From an uncultured Verrucomicrobiota bacterium (GTDB taxonomy: Bacteria > Verrucomicrobiota > Kiritimatiellia > RFP12 > UBA1067), in the NCBI GenBank assembly GCA_946610035.1, contig CAMOCC010000003.1, forward strand, positions 3,713 to 67,712: a stretch of DNA of 64,000 nucleotides. The letters are read 5' to 3'. Below the pieces are notes generated by a model. The model worked only from the letters and a program-made list of their open reading frames with translations, was not told the origin of the DNA and ran no database searches. This document shows, piece after piece, positions 17,053 through 25,308 of this stretch; within the stretch, counting starts at the first letter, position 1, and each line of letters begins with the position of its first letter. The translations under genes were made by a program, and so were the position numbers.

Positions 17053-17973
17053 ATGAAAACGCTTGCTTGCCTTCTGGCGGCGGTTGGTGTAGCCAATCTC
17101 GCTGTTGCATACAGCCCAATCATCGACGGGGCTTTGGCAGATGTCAGGATCAAGGTGGTTGACGACATGGGCGAGGCCGTGCCAGACGCCACGATCTCCG
17201 TCACGTTCTACACCGCACCGGAAAAGGTCGATGTCAAGCGCGGCAAGACCAATACGCAGGGGTGCTTCTCCGCCAAGGGGCTTTGCATCGGAGAGGTGCA
17301 TACATGGATTCGGAAAGACGGGTACTATGAAACAAAGGCAGACCCCGTTTTCAGAGTCCTTCCCGACAAGGACGCGGAGAAACATCGCAAGTGGTCGAAT
17401 GGGACTGTTGAGACCGTTGCCGTGTTGAAGAAGAAGCGCAACCCCGTAAGCCTTGCCTTCAAGTTCATAGAATACAAGCGGTTCCCTGCGACAAACGAGG
17501 TTGTCAAACTCGACCTTGAGATGCTTGATTGGTGTCCGCCATACGGCAAGGGGCGTCATGACGACATACACATGGTTTTCGACGGTTGGCGCAACCCGAA
17601 AGACTGGTATGACTTCCATGCGCATCTTTCTGTTGAGTTTCCGAATTGCGCTGACGGCTTCTACCGCCGGACGGCCGACACAACGAGCAGCTGCAGATAT
17701 GACTATGTTGCTTCAACGAATGCGGCGTTTGAGAAAGCATTTGACCTTCGCTATGCCCGTGTCATGAATGCCGTGACGAATCGCATGGAATTTGCGAAAG
17801 ACGATTACCTTGTCTATCGAGTGAGGACGCAGACCAATGAACTCGGACATGTGACCCATGCGCACTATGGACGGATTGGCGAGGGGGTAAGCCAGCAGAT
17901 AGGGTCGTCTATGCGTTCTTGGTTCAACGTCAAGGACAACGACACGAATCTGGAGGACGCCAGAGCGTGGTGA
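17053..17973 (+). CDS. Secreted protein, paralog of 15823..16806 (orphan partner of the truncated hydrolase)
   Basis: Signal peptide MKTLACLLAAVGVANLAVA. Conserved blocks shared with 15823..16806. SD GGAGGG upstream. Confidence 0.7.
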   Translation: MKTLACLLAAVGVANLAVAYSPIIDGALADVRIKVVDDMGEAVPDATISVTFYTAPEKVDVKRGKTNTQGCFSAKGLCIGEVHTWIRKDGYYETKADPVFRVLPDKDAEKHRKWSNGTVETVAVLKKKRNPVSLAFKFIEYKRFPATNEVVKLDLEMLDWCPPYGKGRHDDIHMVFDGWRNPKDWYDFHAHLSVEFPNCADGFYRRTADTTSSCRYDYVASTNAAFEKAFDLRYARVMNAVTNRMEFAKDDYLVYRVRTQTNELGHVTHAHYGRIGEGVSQQIGSSMRSWFNVKDNDTNLEDARAW

Positions 17974-18075
17974 CAGCCTATGGGAAAGAAAGCACCTCGT
18001 TTTGTCAGCCTCCGCCGTGCATCCCGAAACGGGTAGCAACGACCCGTGTTTGCGCCGATTTTTCGCGCAACCCCA

Positions 18076-18104
18076 TTGTCCTCGGACGGCGGATTTGGTA
18101 TAAT
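18076..18104 (+). promoter_or_regulatory. Promoter of structured RNA copy B (-35 TTGTCC, 17-nt spacer, TGGTATAAT)
   Basis: TTGTCC at 18076-18081 and TGgTATAAT at 18096-18104. Confidence 0.6.
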
Positions 18105-18115
18105 ATACAGCGTTC

Positions 18116-18289
18116 AGAACATCATGAGTTCATTGCGAAAGCAATGATGCCAACCGAGCGACGGAACTGCCACGGTGGAGTGCGAAAGCGGATGTGCCCG
18201 AAAGGGAAACTGGGTTCCAGAGCCACCAGTTTTGGACAAAGACTGGTGGCTTGAAGTTTCTCCAAGGGGTGCATTGCTCGTGGTGCTTT
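18116..18289 (+). ncRNA. Candidate structured RNA / conserved 5' leader, copy B (same family as 7527..7704)
   Basis: Closing helix 18116-18128 / 18277-18289 (includes G-U pairs). GNRA (GAAA) hairpin 18130-18147. Conserved CCAACCGAGCG...GCCACGGTGG. CCC-GAAA-GGG 18197-18206. 9-bp hairpin 18222-18250 followed by GGTGGCTT. Confidence 0.55.
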
Positions 18290-18327
18290 GAGCGGACAAA
18301 GAAAAACGAGAAACGAAAGGAGAAACG

Positions 18328-18639
18328 ATGAGACAGGCAAGACCGACGACCTACGCGCTGATGAGCCGGTGCGACATCGGCGACGCGGCGAAAATCATGA
18401 CGCTTGCGGACGCACAGGACGTGACGATGAGCGTCATCGTTGCGCGGCTCGTCCACGATGCTGTGCGCCATGTGGCGGCGACCCCGAAGGCGGAGGCATG
18501 GGCGGCAAGACGCCTCGCCGCCAACACTGCGCGACGGGCGCGTGTGGATGCCGCCGTCCGTGCGGGACGCGACCGCAAGCCCGGATGGGAACACACAAAG
18601 AGGTTTGCGGGCAAGGACAACAGCCAGAGGGGAGCGTGA
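18328..18639 (+). CDS. Hypothetical small protein (possible DNA-binding/regulatory)
   Basis: SD AAAGGAG upstream of the ATG. 103 aa with a basic C-terminus. Preferred over the antisense 262-aa ORF (18130..18918), which has the Arg/Ser/Pro-rich composition of a shadow frame. Confidence 0.45.
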   Translation: MRQARPTTYALMSRCDIGDAAKIMTLADAQDVTMSVIVARLVHDAVRHVAATPKAEAWAARRLAANTARRARVDAAVRAGRDRKPGWEHTKRFAGKDNSQRGA

Positions 18640-18643
18640 CGCC

Positions 18644-19261
18644 ATGCGAGGATTGAACGCGAAGCCAGAAACGTTGACATACGCCTTTGGATGTGATGCC
18701 GGATTGCGGCGACTTAAGGGTTGTTTACCGCCTCTTGAGGTGGTGTATCCCCCGCTTGTCGCGCAGAGAGCCGAAGAGCAGGGGAAAAAGCTGCCGCACA
18801 TCGAAAACCCATGCACGGACGATGGGCTGGGCATTCTTATCGTGCGGTCGCTCTTGATGCAGGAAATGAGACTCCGCCTTGAGGCATTTGCCCAACGGCG
18901 AATACCCAACCTCACCATCTACAACGCAAAGACGCCAGTTCCGCTGCCGCGAATCTGTATTGTCATTGCGGGGCTTGACGATTGGCGCACAAAGAGCGTT
19001 TTGATGTTCCGCCGGGCCGTGGACAGGCTGCTTTCGCTCGGACGAGCCGCCGGATTCAACCTCTCGCCGTTTGGCGAAGGGCGCGACGGAGGCGGCGTAT
19101 TGGGGATGTACGACCGCTACAAGCGAGGGAGCGTCTCGCGGGAGGCCATGATGACGTCGCTTGTCGAAGCCCACACAGCCCAGGCCGTGACGGAAGCAGA
19201 CTACAGTCGCATGATGGACGATGTGCTTGCAGACGTCTATCTTGATGAAAAGCTGATATAG
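18644..19261 (+). CDS. Hypothetical protein
   Basis: Start MRGLNAKPETL at 18644, 4 nt after the previous stop. About 205 aa with no recognised domain. Confidence 0.45.
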   Translation: MRGLNAKPETLTYAFGCDAGLRRLKGCLPPLEVVYPPLVAQRAEEQGKKLPHIENPCTDDGLGILIVRSLLMQEMRLRLEAFAQRRIPNLTIYNAKTPVPLPRICIVIAGLDDWRTKSVLMFRRAVDRLLSLGRAAGFNLSPFGEGRDGGGVLGMYDRYKRGSVSREAMMTSLVEAHTAQAVTEADYSRMMDDVLADVYLDEKLI

Positions 19262-19273
19262 CGAAAGGAGACG

Positions 19274-19564
19274 GTGATGACGGCAGACGAGATACTCAAG
19301 ACGGACACCTCGAAGAAGTCCTTGAACGAACTGGTGAATATGCTCGACAGCGAGATATTCGATGACCCCGAACTTTTCGGCGAGGAAGTGTACAAACTTC
19401 GCGTCCGCAAGGAGGAGGAGACGGGCATACCAATGGAAGAGGACGCCTTCGGGATACAGGAAGCGGAGCTGAAGCGCAGCCTCGGCATTTCATTTGACGA
19501 CGAGGAGATGGACCGCGCGTTGGCGCTGACAGGAGCCGGATCCATTTCTCGAGATACTACATGA
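19274..19564 (+). CDS. Hypothetical small acidic protein
   Basis: 96-aa ORF with SD-like AAAGGAGA upstream. Highly acidic. Confidence 0.4.
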   Translation: MMTADEILKTDTSKKSLNELVNMLDSEIFDDPELFGEEVYKLRVRKEEETGIPMEEDAFGIQEAELKRSLGISFDDEEMDRALALTGAGSISRDTT

Positions 19565-19647
19565 CGCCGCTGATGGAGAAGGGGCTTGTCGCAAGAACCG
19601 ACCCGGACAATCCTATGTCGCCTAGGCAGGAGTACAGTCTGGCATGA
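19540..19647 (+). pseudogene. Remnant of the C-terminal winged-helix of an AlbA_2/Fic-type protein
   Basis: Frame of the ATG at 19561 reads ...HFSRYYMTPLMEKGLVARTDPDNPMSPRQEYSLA*. This parallels RYLNPALEQGLIEMSQPDSPRSPTQKYRLTAKG at the C-terminus of 8790..10247. No upstream domains are present. Confidence 0.6.
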
Positions 19648-19771
19648 TTTACTGTATCAATTCTACTGTATCAATAAGCTCCGACCCTTCTGGCTTCCCG
19701 AGGCGACCGCTAGCGACTGCCGGACATTCCGGCTGTATGCATTGTCCCACTTCCCATGGCGATGGGATTTT

Positions 19772-19780
19772 TGGTATAAT
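19772..19780 (+). promoter_or_regulatory. Extended -10 promoter TGGTATAAT; apparent leaderless start of the RNase R-like gene
   Basis: TGgTATAAT at 19772-19780, with the ATG at 19790 (9-nt gap). Confidence 0.6.
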
Positions 19781-19789
19781 GTATACAAA

Positions 19790-21391
19790 ATGATGATTGA
19801 AGAAAACGAGATGATGTTCCCGCCACCCGGGAGGACGCCGCAGGAGGACACTGCGGCGGTCATGAAGTTCTACAAACTCCCCAAATCCTTTCCCAATGAA
19901 GTTCTGGAGGAGGCGCGCCATGTCGGGGAGCGGCTGAAGGATCCCGGCAAGAGGCTTGATTTGAGGAAGAGGTTCATCTTCACTTGCGATCCGCAGAGCG
20001 CGAGGGACTACGACGATGCGCTTTCGCTTGAGACTGACAGGAGGGGCAACCGCGTCCTCGGCGTCCACATTGCCGACGTCTCGCACTTCGTCCCTCCGGG
20101 CGGCGCCCTCGACCGCGAGGCGTACAGGCGCTCGACGAGCGTGTACCTTGCGGACCGTGTGGTGCCGATGCTTCCAGAGGAGCTCTCCAACGGCGTGTGC
20201 TCGCTGGTTCCGGGCGAGGATCGCCTGGCGTTCTCCGTGTTCATGACCTTCGACAAGTCGGGCGAGATGGTGAAGCGCGTCTTCGCGAAGTCCATCATCC
20301 GCTCGAAGGCCCGCTTCACGTACGAACAGGTGATGAAGGTGATAAAGGGCGGCGCCGAGGGGCCTTCCGGCGCGAAGCTGGGCCGCCGCGAGGCCACGGT
20401 GATCCGCGAGATAGCGGCCCTCGCGCAGGAGCTGAGGTCCGCCAGGTTCGCCTCCGGCGCGCTCGACATAGAGATGCCCGAGGCCGAGGTGATCCTCGAC
20501 GAGGAAGGGGAGATGACGGGCCTCGTGACGCGTCCCTACGACGAGTCGCACCAGATGATCGAGGAGTGCATGGTCGCGGCGAACGAGGCGGTTGCGAAGG
20601 AGCTGTGGTCGAAGGGAGTGAAGATCCTCGCCCGCCTCCACGAGCCGCCGGAGGAGGAGAAGCTGCTGATGCTCAGGGCCGACATGCGCGGACTCGGCGT
20701 GAAGATGGGCAACATCGCGAACCAGAAGGTGTTGGCGCAGTTCCTCAAGTCGATAAAGTCGAATCCGCTCTATCCGACGCTGGCCATGATGGTCCTGCGG
20801 TCCATGAAGAGGGCCGTCTACGACTCGACGAACATGGGGCATTTCGGGCTTGCGAAGCGCTTCTACGCGCATTTCACGTCGCCGATACGCCGCTATCCCG
20901 ACCTCACGCTGCACCGCCAGCTGGCCGCGTACCTCGAGGGCGGCGTCGCGAAGGCGCGCGTCCAGCCGAGGCTCCTCGCCAAGTGGGCCGAGCACACGAG
21001 CGAACGCGAGCAGACCGCCGCCGAGGCGGAGCGCGGGCTTCTGGAGATAAAGAAGTACAGGCTTCTCGAGGAGCAGCTGAACACGCGTCAGATACTCGAC
21101 TACGACGCCGTGGTCGTCAAGTGCGCGCCGTTCGGATGCTTCGTGGAGATACAGGAGCTCGCGGTCTCGGGGCTCGTCCACGTATCGCTCCTCTCGCGCA
21201 AGTTCGTGACGTACAACGAGTCCGACCACTCGCTCTCCGCCCCCGGCGGCGGCAGCTGGCGGATCGGCGATCGCATCCGCGTACACGTCGCAAAGGTCGA
21301 CTTCCGCACACGCCGGATCGACTTCACCCCGGTCGACAGGACTTTTCTCAACCGAAAACCGCCACGCAAGCCCACGAAAGGAAGGCTCTGA
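19790..21391 (+). CDS. rnr: RNase II/R family 3'-5' exoribonuclease (RNB + S1 domains, no N-terminal cold-shock domains)
   Basis: FTCDPQSARDYDDALS and the following RNB motifs. HFGLA..YAHFTSPIRRYPDL. C-terminal S1-like ...GCFVEIQELAVSGLVHVS. Only about 60 aa precede the RNB domain. Confidence 0.85.
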   Translation: MMIEENEMMFPPPGRTPQEDTAAVMKFYKLPKSFPNEVLEEARHVGERLKDPGKRLDLRKRFIFTCDPQSARDYDDALSLETDRRGNRVLGVHIADVSHFVPPGGALDREAYRRSTSVYLADRVVPMLPEELSNGVCSLVPGEDRLAFSVFMTFDKSGEMVKRVFAKSIIRSKARFTYEQVMKVIKGGAEGPSGAKLGRREATVIREIAALAQELRSARFASGALDIEMPEAEVILDEEGEMTGLVTRPYDESHQMIEECMVAANEAVAKELWSKGVKILARLHEPPEEEKLLMLRADMRGLGVKMGNIANQKVLAQFLKSIKSNPLYPTLAMMVLRSMKRAVYDSTNMGHFGLAKRFYAHFTSPIRRYPDLTLHRQLAAYLEGGVAKARVQPRLLAKWAEHTSEREQTAAEAERGLLEIKKYRLLEEQLNTRQILDYDAVVVKCAPFGCFVEIQELAVSGLVHVSLLSRKFVTYNESDHSLSAPGGGSWRIGDRIRVHVAKVDFRTRRIDFTPVDRTFLNRKPPRKPTKGRL

Positions 21392-22503
21392 TGGAACTCT
21401 CGATCCTCGTAAACAAATTCAACATCAAGGGGCGCCTTGTCTCGCTCCAGCCGTTCGGCAACGGCAACATCAACGACACGTTTCTTGCAATATACCGCAA
21501 CACGTTCTCCGAAACGCAGGTCATACTCCAGCGCGTGAACCGCAACGTGTTCCCGCAGCCCGAGGTCATCATGGAGAACATGCACGAGGTGACGAAGCAC
21601 TGCCATGAGAAGCTTGAGAGCGACGCCGAGAAGGGCCTCGACGACCGCGTGTGGCAGATGCCGAGGATAATCAAGGCGAAGGACTCCAGGGACTACGTGA
21701 TCGACGACAAGGGCGAGGTATGGCGCGTCATAACGCGCATCATGTCCGCCCACGCGTTCGACGTCGCACAGGGACCCGAGCACGCGATGGAGTGCGGCGC
21801 CGCGCTCGGACACTTCCACTACCTCATCAGCGACATGGATCCGTCCATCATAAAGGATCCGCTCCCCGGCTTCCACATCACGTCGGGCTACCTCGCCAAG
21901 TACGACGAGACGCTGAAGACGAAGTCGGCGAAGGACCTCCTCTTCGCCTCCATGGAGGCGAAGAGGCTCGCGAAGTTCATCGAGGAGCGTCGCGACCTCG
22001 CGCTCTGCCTGGAAAAGGCGGAGGGCGCGGGCGAGCTCAAGAAGCGCATGTTCCACGGCGACCCGAAGGTGAACAACATCATGATCGACGACGTGACGGG
22101 GAAGGGGACGGCGATGATCGACCTCGACACGGTCAGCCCCGGTCTCATCCACCTCGACTTCGGCGACGCGCTCCGCTCCATCTGCAACCCGGCGGGCGAG
22201 GAGGTGTCCAACCTCTCCAAGGTCGTCTTCGACGAGGACCTGTGCACGGCGTTCTGCAAGGGCTACATGCGCGAGGCGGGGGCGTTCCTAACGGATGCGG
22301 ACCGTGCGTACCTCTACGACTCGATACGGCTTCTCCCGTTCGAGCTCGGGCTGCGCTTCTTCCAGGACTACCTTGCCGGGAACGTCTACTTCAAGACGAC
22401 CCAGCCGGAGCAGAACCTGAACAGGGCGCGCGTGCAGTTCCGCCTGTGCGAGTCGGTCGAGGCCCGCGAGCGCTCGATCAGGGCGCTGCTGAAATCTCTC
22501 TAG
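21391..22503 (+). CDS. Phosphotransferase (APH/choline-kinase fold), N-acetylhexosamine-1-kinase-like
   Basis: MELSILVNKFNI...GNGNINDTF. Catalytic loop HGDPKVNNIMID and IDLDT. The start overlaps the rnr stop by 1 nt. Confidence 0.7.
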   Translation: MELSILVNKFNIKGRLVSLQPFGNGNINDTFLAIYRNTFSETQVILQRVNRNVFPQPEVIMENMHEVTKHCHEKLESDAEKGLDDRVWQMPRIIKAKDSRDYVIDDKGEVWRVITRIMSAHAFDVAQGPEHAMECGAALGHFHYLISDMDPSIIKDPLPGFHITSGYLAKYDETLKTKSAKDLLFASMEAKRLAKFIEERRDLALCLEKAEGAGELKKRMFHGDPKVNNIMIDDVTGKGTAMIDLDTVSPGLIHLDFGDALRSICNPAGEEVSNLSKVVFDEDLCTAFCKGYMREAGAFLTDADRAYLYDSIRLLPFELGLRFFQDYLAGNVYFKTTQPEQNLNRARVQFRLCESVEARERSIRALLKSL

Positions 22504-22531
22504 TCCACAGCGCTTCCTTCGAGGCGTTGGC

Positions 22532-22564
22532 CACAAGTGCAGGTCGCTTCGACCTGCACTTGTG
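22532..22564 (+). terminator. Perfect 15-bp stem / 3-nt loop hairpin after the kinase gene (no U-tract)
   Basis: cacaagtgcaggtcg-ctt-cgacctgcacttgtg, 29 nt after the stop at 22503. Confidence 0.4.
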
Positions 22565-22688
22565 CTTGACGGCGCTCTTTCACGTTCTACACTTTTGGGT
22601 GATGTTCGAATGACCGACAATGTAGTAGAATATGCGTCGTCAAGGCGGAATGGTGTCCCACCGCTTCACTGTCAACAAGGAGAATGAA

Positions 22689-25223
22689 ATGAAGGCTATG
22701 ATAAACGGTATCCTAGCGTGCGCGGCGGCAGTCTCGTCTATGGGGGCGATGGCGGCGGTCGAGCCGCTGGAGGTGGTCCCGCTGGCGGACAACGCGGTTC
22801 GGATCGTAAGGGGCGGACGCTCCGCCGAGGATTTCACCTACCTTGGCGTGAAGCGCGGCGTGAAAGTGAAGCGCAGCACGACCGCGAAGGGCGAGCTGTA
22901 CACCCTCCCGTCGATGTCAGTCGAAGTGGACAAGAAGGCGGGCACCATCACGTTCAAGGACAAGTCCGGCAAGGTCATACTGAAGGAGCTCGCGTCCGAC
23001 CTGCAGGACGGCGAGATCCAGGGCGAGAAGACGCACCGTGCGAGGGCGGAGTTTGACTCTCCCGAGGGCGAGTTCCTGTGCGGACTCGGACAGTTCCAGG
23101 ACGGCTACCTGAACGCGCGCGGGCTTCCCCGCCGCCTCACTCAGGTGAACACGCAGATATCGATGCCGATGGTGACCTCCAGCCGCGGCTGGTCGATGCT
23201 CTGGAACAACCCCGGCCTGACGGAGTTCAACCCCGGCGCGGGACGCGTCAGGATGACCCGCACCGCTGTCGGCGACAAGGCGGTCGTCGCGGACGTCACA
23301 ACCTCGTCGGGCGGTGCCAAGGAGGAGCGCCGCAACGGGCTCTTCACTGCGGAGATCGAAGTCGCCGAGGCGGGCGACTACGCGCTTCTCCTCGACGTCG
23401 GCAGGAAGATGGCGCGCAAGCACAACCTGTCCGTCGACGGCATGAAGGTGTTCGACTTCAACAACACGTGGCTGCCGCCGACGGCCTCCGCCATCGTCCA
23501 TCTGGACGCCGGCAGGCACGTCCTCACGGCCGACATAGAGAAGGACGACGAGCCGTCCGTCGAGTACGGACGCGTCGCGGGCCGCACGGTCTTCGCCTCG
23601 CCCGTCGCCGAAGGGGTCGACTACACGGTCTTCGTCGGCAATGCGGACGAGGCGATCGGCACGTATCGGTCGCTGAGCGGTTCCTCCCCGCTGCCGCCCA
23701 AGTGGGCGTTCGGCTACGTCCACTGCCGCGAGCGCTACCATTCGCAGAAGGAGCTCCTTGAGAACGCGCGGAAGTTCCGCGAACTCGGAATCCCTATCGA
23801 CGTCATAGTCCAGGACTGGCAGTACTGGGGCAAGTACGGATGGAACGCGATGAAGTTCGACGAGGGGAACTACCCCGACCCGAAGGGGATGATGGACGAG
23901 CTCCACTCGATGGACATCCGCTTGATGCTCTCGGTCTGGTCCAAGATCGACCGCGGATCCGAAGTCGGCAAGGAGATGGAGCAGAGGCATTTCAACATAA
24001 AGGGCACCGACTGGATCGACTTCTTCAATCCGGAGGCGGCGAACTTCTACTGGGAGAACTTCAACAAGCGCCTCATCAAGCCGTTTGGCATCGACGCATG
24101 GTGGCTCGACGCGACCGAGCCCGAGAACGACGACCTTGCGGGACGCCGCGTGCGCGGCGGGACGCTCGCCGGAGAGCGTGTCCGCAACTCCTATCCCAAC
24201 CAGGTCAGCAAGACGATCGCCGAGGGCATACGCGGCACCACCGACGAGCGCGTGATGATCCTCACCAGAAGCGGCGCGCCCGGGCTGCACCGCTACGGAT
24301 CGTTCGTCTGGTCCGGCGACGTCGGGCACGACTGGGAGACGCTCCGCCGCCAGCTTGCGGGCGGACTCGGCCTCGCGGCCGCGGGACACCCCTGGTGGAC
24401 GTTCGACGCGGGCGGCTTCTTCCGTCCGTGGGGACAGTACAAGGACGCCGACTACCACGAGACGTTCCTCCGCTGGCTGGAGATTGCGACGTTCTCGCCG
24501 ATGATGCGCGTCCACGGCTTTATCTCCGACACCGAGCCCTGGCGCTACGGAGACGAGGTCCTGGCCGCGGTGCGCAAGCAGATCGCGCTCAGGTACCGCC
24601 TGATGCCCTACATCTACTCGTCCGCCAAGGTCGTCACCGAGGGCGGCACGATGATGCGTCCGCTCGTGATGGACTTCCCCGGGGACAATGGTGCGCTCAA
24701 GGCGGAGACCGAATACATGTTCGGTCGCTCGCTCCTCGTCGCCCCCGTCCTTAAGGCGGGCATAGACAAGATGGACGTCTACCTCCCGAAGGTGGAGGGC
24801 GGATGGTACGGCCTCACAAGCGGACAGGGGCCGCTTCAGTCCGGACGCACGGTCTCGGTGCCGGTGACGCGCGATGAGATCCCGGTGTTCGTGAAGGCTG
24901 GTTCTGTTCTTGTGACGGCGGAGAACCCGATGCGCTCCACCGCGGGGTCCGACAAGGTCGATCTCACGGCGACGGTTTATCCCGGTGCGGACGGCTCGTT
25001 CACGCTCTACGAGGATGCGGGCGTCGATCGCGGGTACGAGCGCGGCGAATGCGCGAACGTGCGCTTCAGCTGGGACGATGCGAATGGCGTGCTGACTATC
25101 GGAGCGCGCGAAGGGTCCTATCCCGGCATGCCGGCGAAGCGCACGATCAAGGTCCGCCGCGTCGGCGGCGGGATTCAGGAGGTTGTCTACGACGGACACG
25201 CCAAGACGGTCCTCCTCAAGTAG
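22689..25223 (+). CDS. Secreted glycoside hydrolase family 31 (alpha-glucosidase/alpha-xylosidase-like)
   Basis: SD AAGGAGA plus the ATG at 22689. Signal peptide MKAMINGILACAAAVSSMGAMA. GH31-like blocks DVIVQDWQYW and IDAWWLDATEPE. Confidence 0.75.
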   Translation: MKAMINGILACAAAVSSMGAMAAVEPLEVVPLADNAVRIVRGGRSAEDFTYLGVKRGVKVKRSTTAKGELYTLPSMSVEVDKKAGTITFKDKSGKVILKELASDLQDGEIQGEKTHRARAEFDSPEGEFLCGLGQFQDGYLNARGLPRRLTQVNTQISMPMVTSSRGWSMLWNNPGLTEFNPGAGRVRMTRTAVGDKAVVADVTTSSGGAKEERRNGLFTAEIEVAEAGDYALLLDVGRKMARKHNLSVDGMKVFDFNNTWLPPTASAIVHLDAGRHVLTADIEKDDEPSVEYGRVAGRTVFASPVAEGVDYTVFVGNADEAIGTYRSLSGSSPLPPKWAFGYVHCRERYHSQKELLENARKFRELGIPIDVIVQDWQYWGKYGWNAMKFDEGNYPDPKGMMDELHSMDIRLMLSVWSKIDRGSEVGKEMEQRHFNIKGTDWIDFFNPEAANFYWENFNKRLIKPFGIDAWWLDATEPENDDLAGRRVRGGTLAGERVRNSYPNQVSKTIAEGIRGTTDERVMILTRSGAPGLHRYGSFVWSGDVGHDWETLRRQLAGGLGLAAAGHPWWTFDAGGFFRPWGQYKDADYHETFLRWLEIATFSPMMRVHGFISDTEPWRYGDEVLAAVRKQIALRYRLMPYIYSSAKVVTEGGTMMRPLVMDFPGDNGALKAETEYMFGRSLLVAPVLKAGIDKMDVYLPKVEGGWYGLTSGQGPLQSGRTVSVPVTRDEIPVFVKAGSVLVTAENPMRSTAGSDKVDLTATVYPGADGSFTLYEDAGVDRGYERGECANVRFSWDDANGVLTIGAREGSYPGMPAKRTIKVRRVGGGIQEVVYDGHAKTVLLK

Positions 25224-25260
25224 GCTGGACAATTTCCAACTGACGCGCGTGGTTGAGATA

Positions 25261-25269
25261 TGGTATAAT
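25261..25269 (+). promoter_or_regulatory. Extended -10 promoter TGGTATAAT
   Basis: Exact motif 39 nt before the ATG at 25309. Confidence 0.5.
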
Positions 25270-25308
25270 ACGACTGTCTGTTAAATGCGAATTGTGCCAT
25301 AAGAAGAA

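Larger units (their letters stand above)
7452..19780. mobile_element. Degraded genomic island next to tRNA-Ala (defence genes, secreted hydrolase cassettes, structured RNAs, gene remnants)
   Basis: Visibly AT-richer than both flanks and begins right after a tRNA. Holds the only minus-strand gene of the window, plus an RM enzyme, duplicated cassettes and pseudogene fragments. No integrase, transposase or tRNA-3' direct repeat found, so the boundaries are approximate. Confidence 0.55.

Noticed and set aside
18130-18918. 262-aa minus-strand ORF in the island.
   Set aside because: Its composition is Ser/Arg/Pro/Cys-rich and it has no start context. It overlaps the structured RNA copy B and two + strand ORFs that have SD sequences and tight coupling.
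19500-19800. attR-type direct repeat of the tRNA-Ala 3' end at the right island boundary.
   Set aside because: I looked by eye for ttcgactccccttatctccacca or long sub-strings of it and found none. A short degenerate repeat cannot be excluded without an alignment tool.
20197-22503. 768-aa ORF fusing an alternative frame of rnr to the kinase gene.
   Set aside because: The N-terminal ~400 aa are Arg/Gly/Pro-rich shadow sequence over rnr. The kinase starts at MELSILVNK (21391), overlapping the rnr stop.
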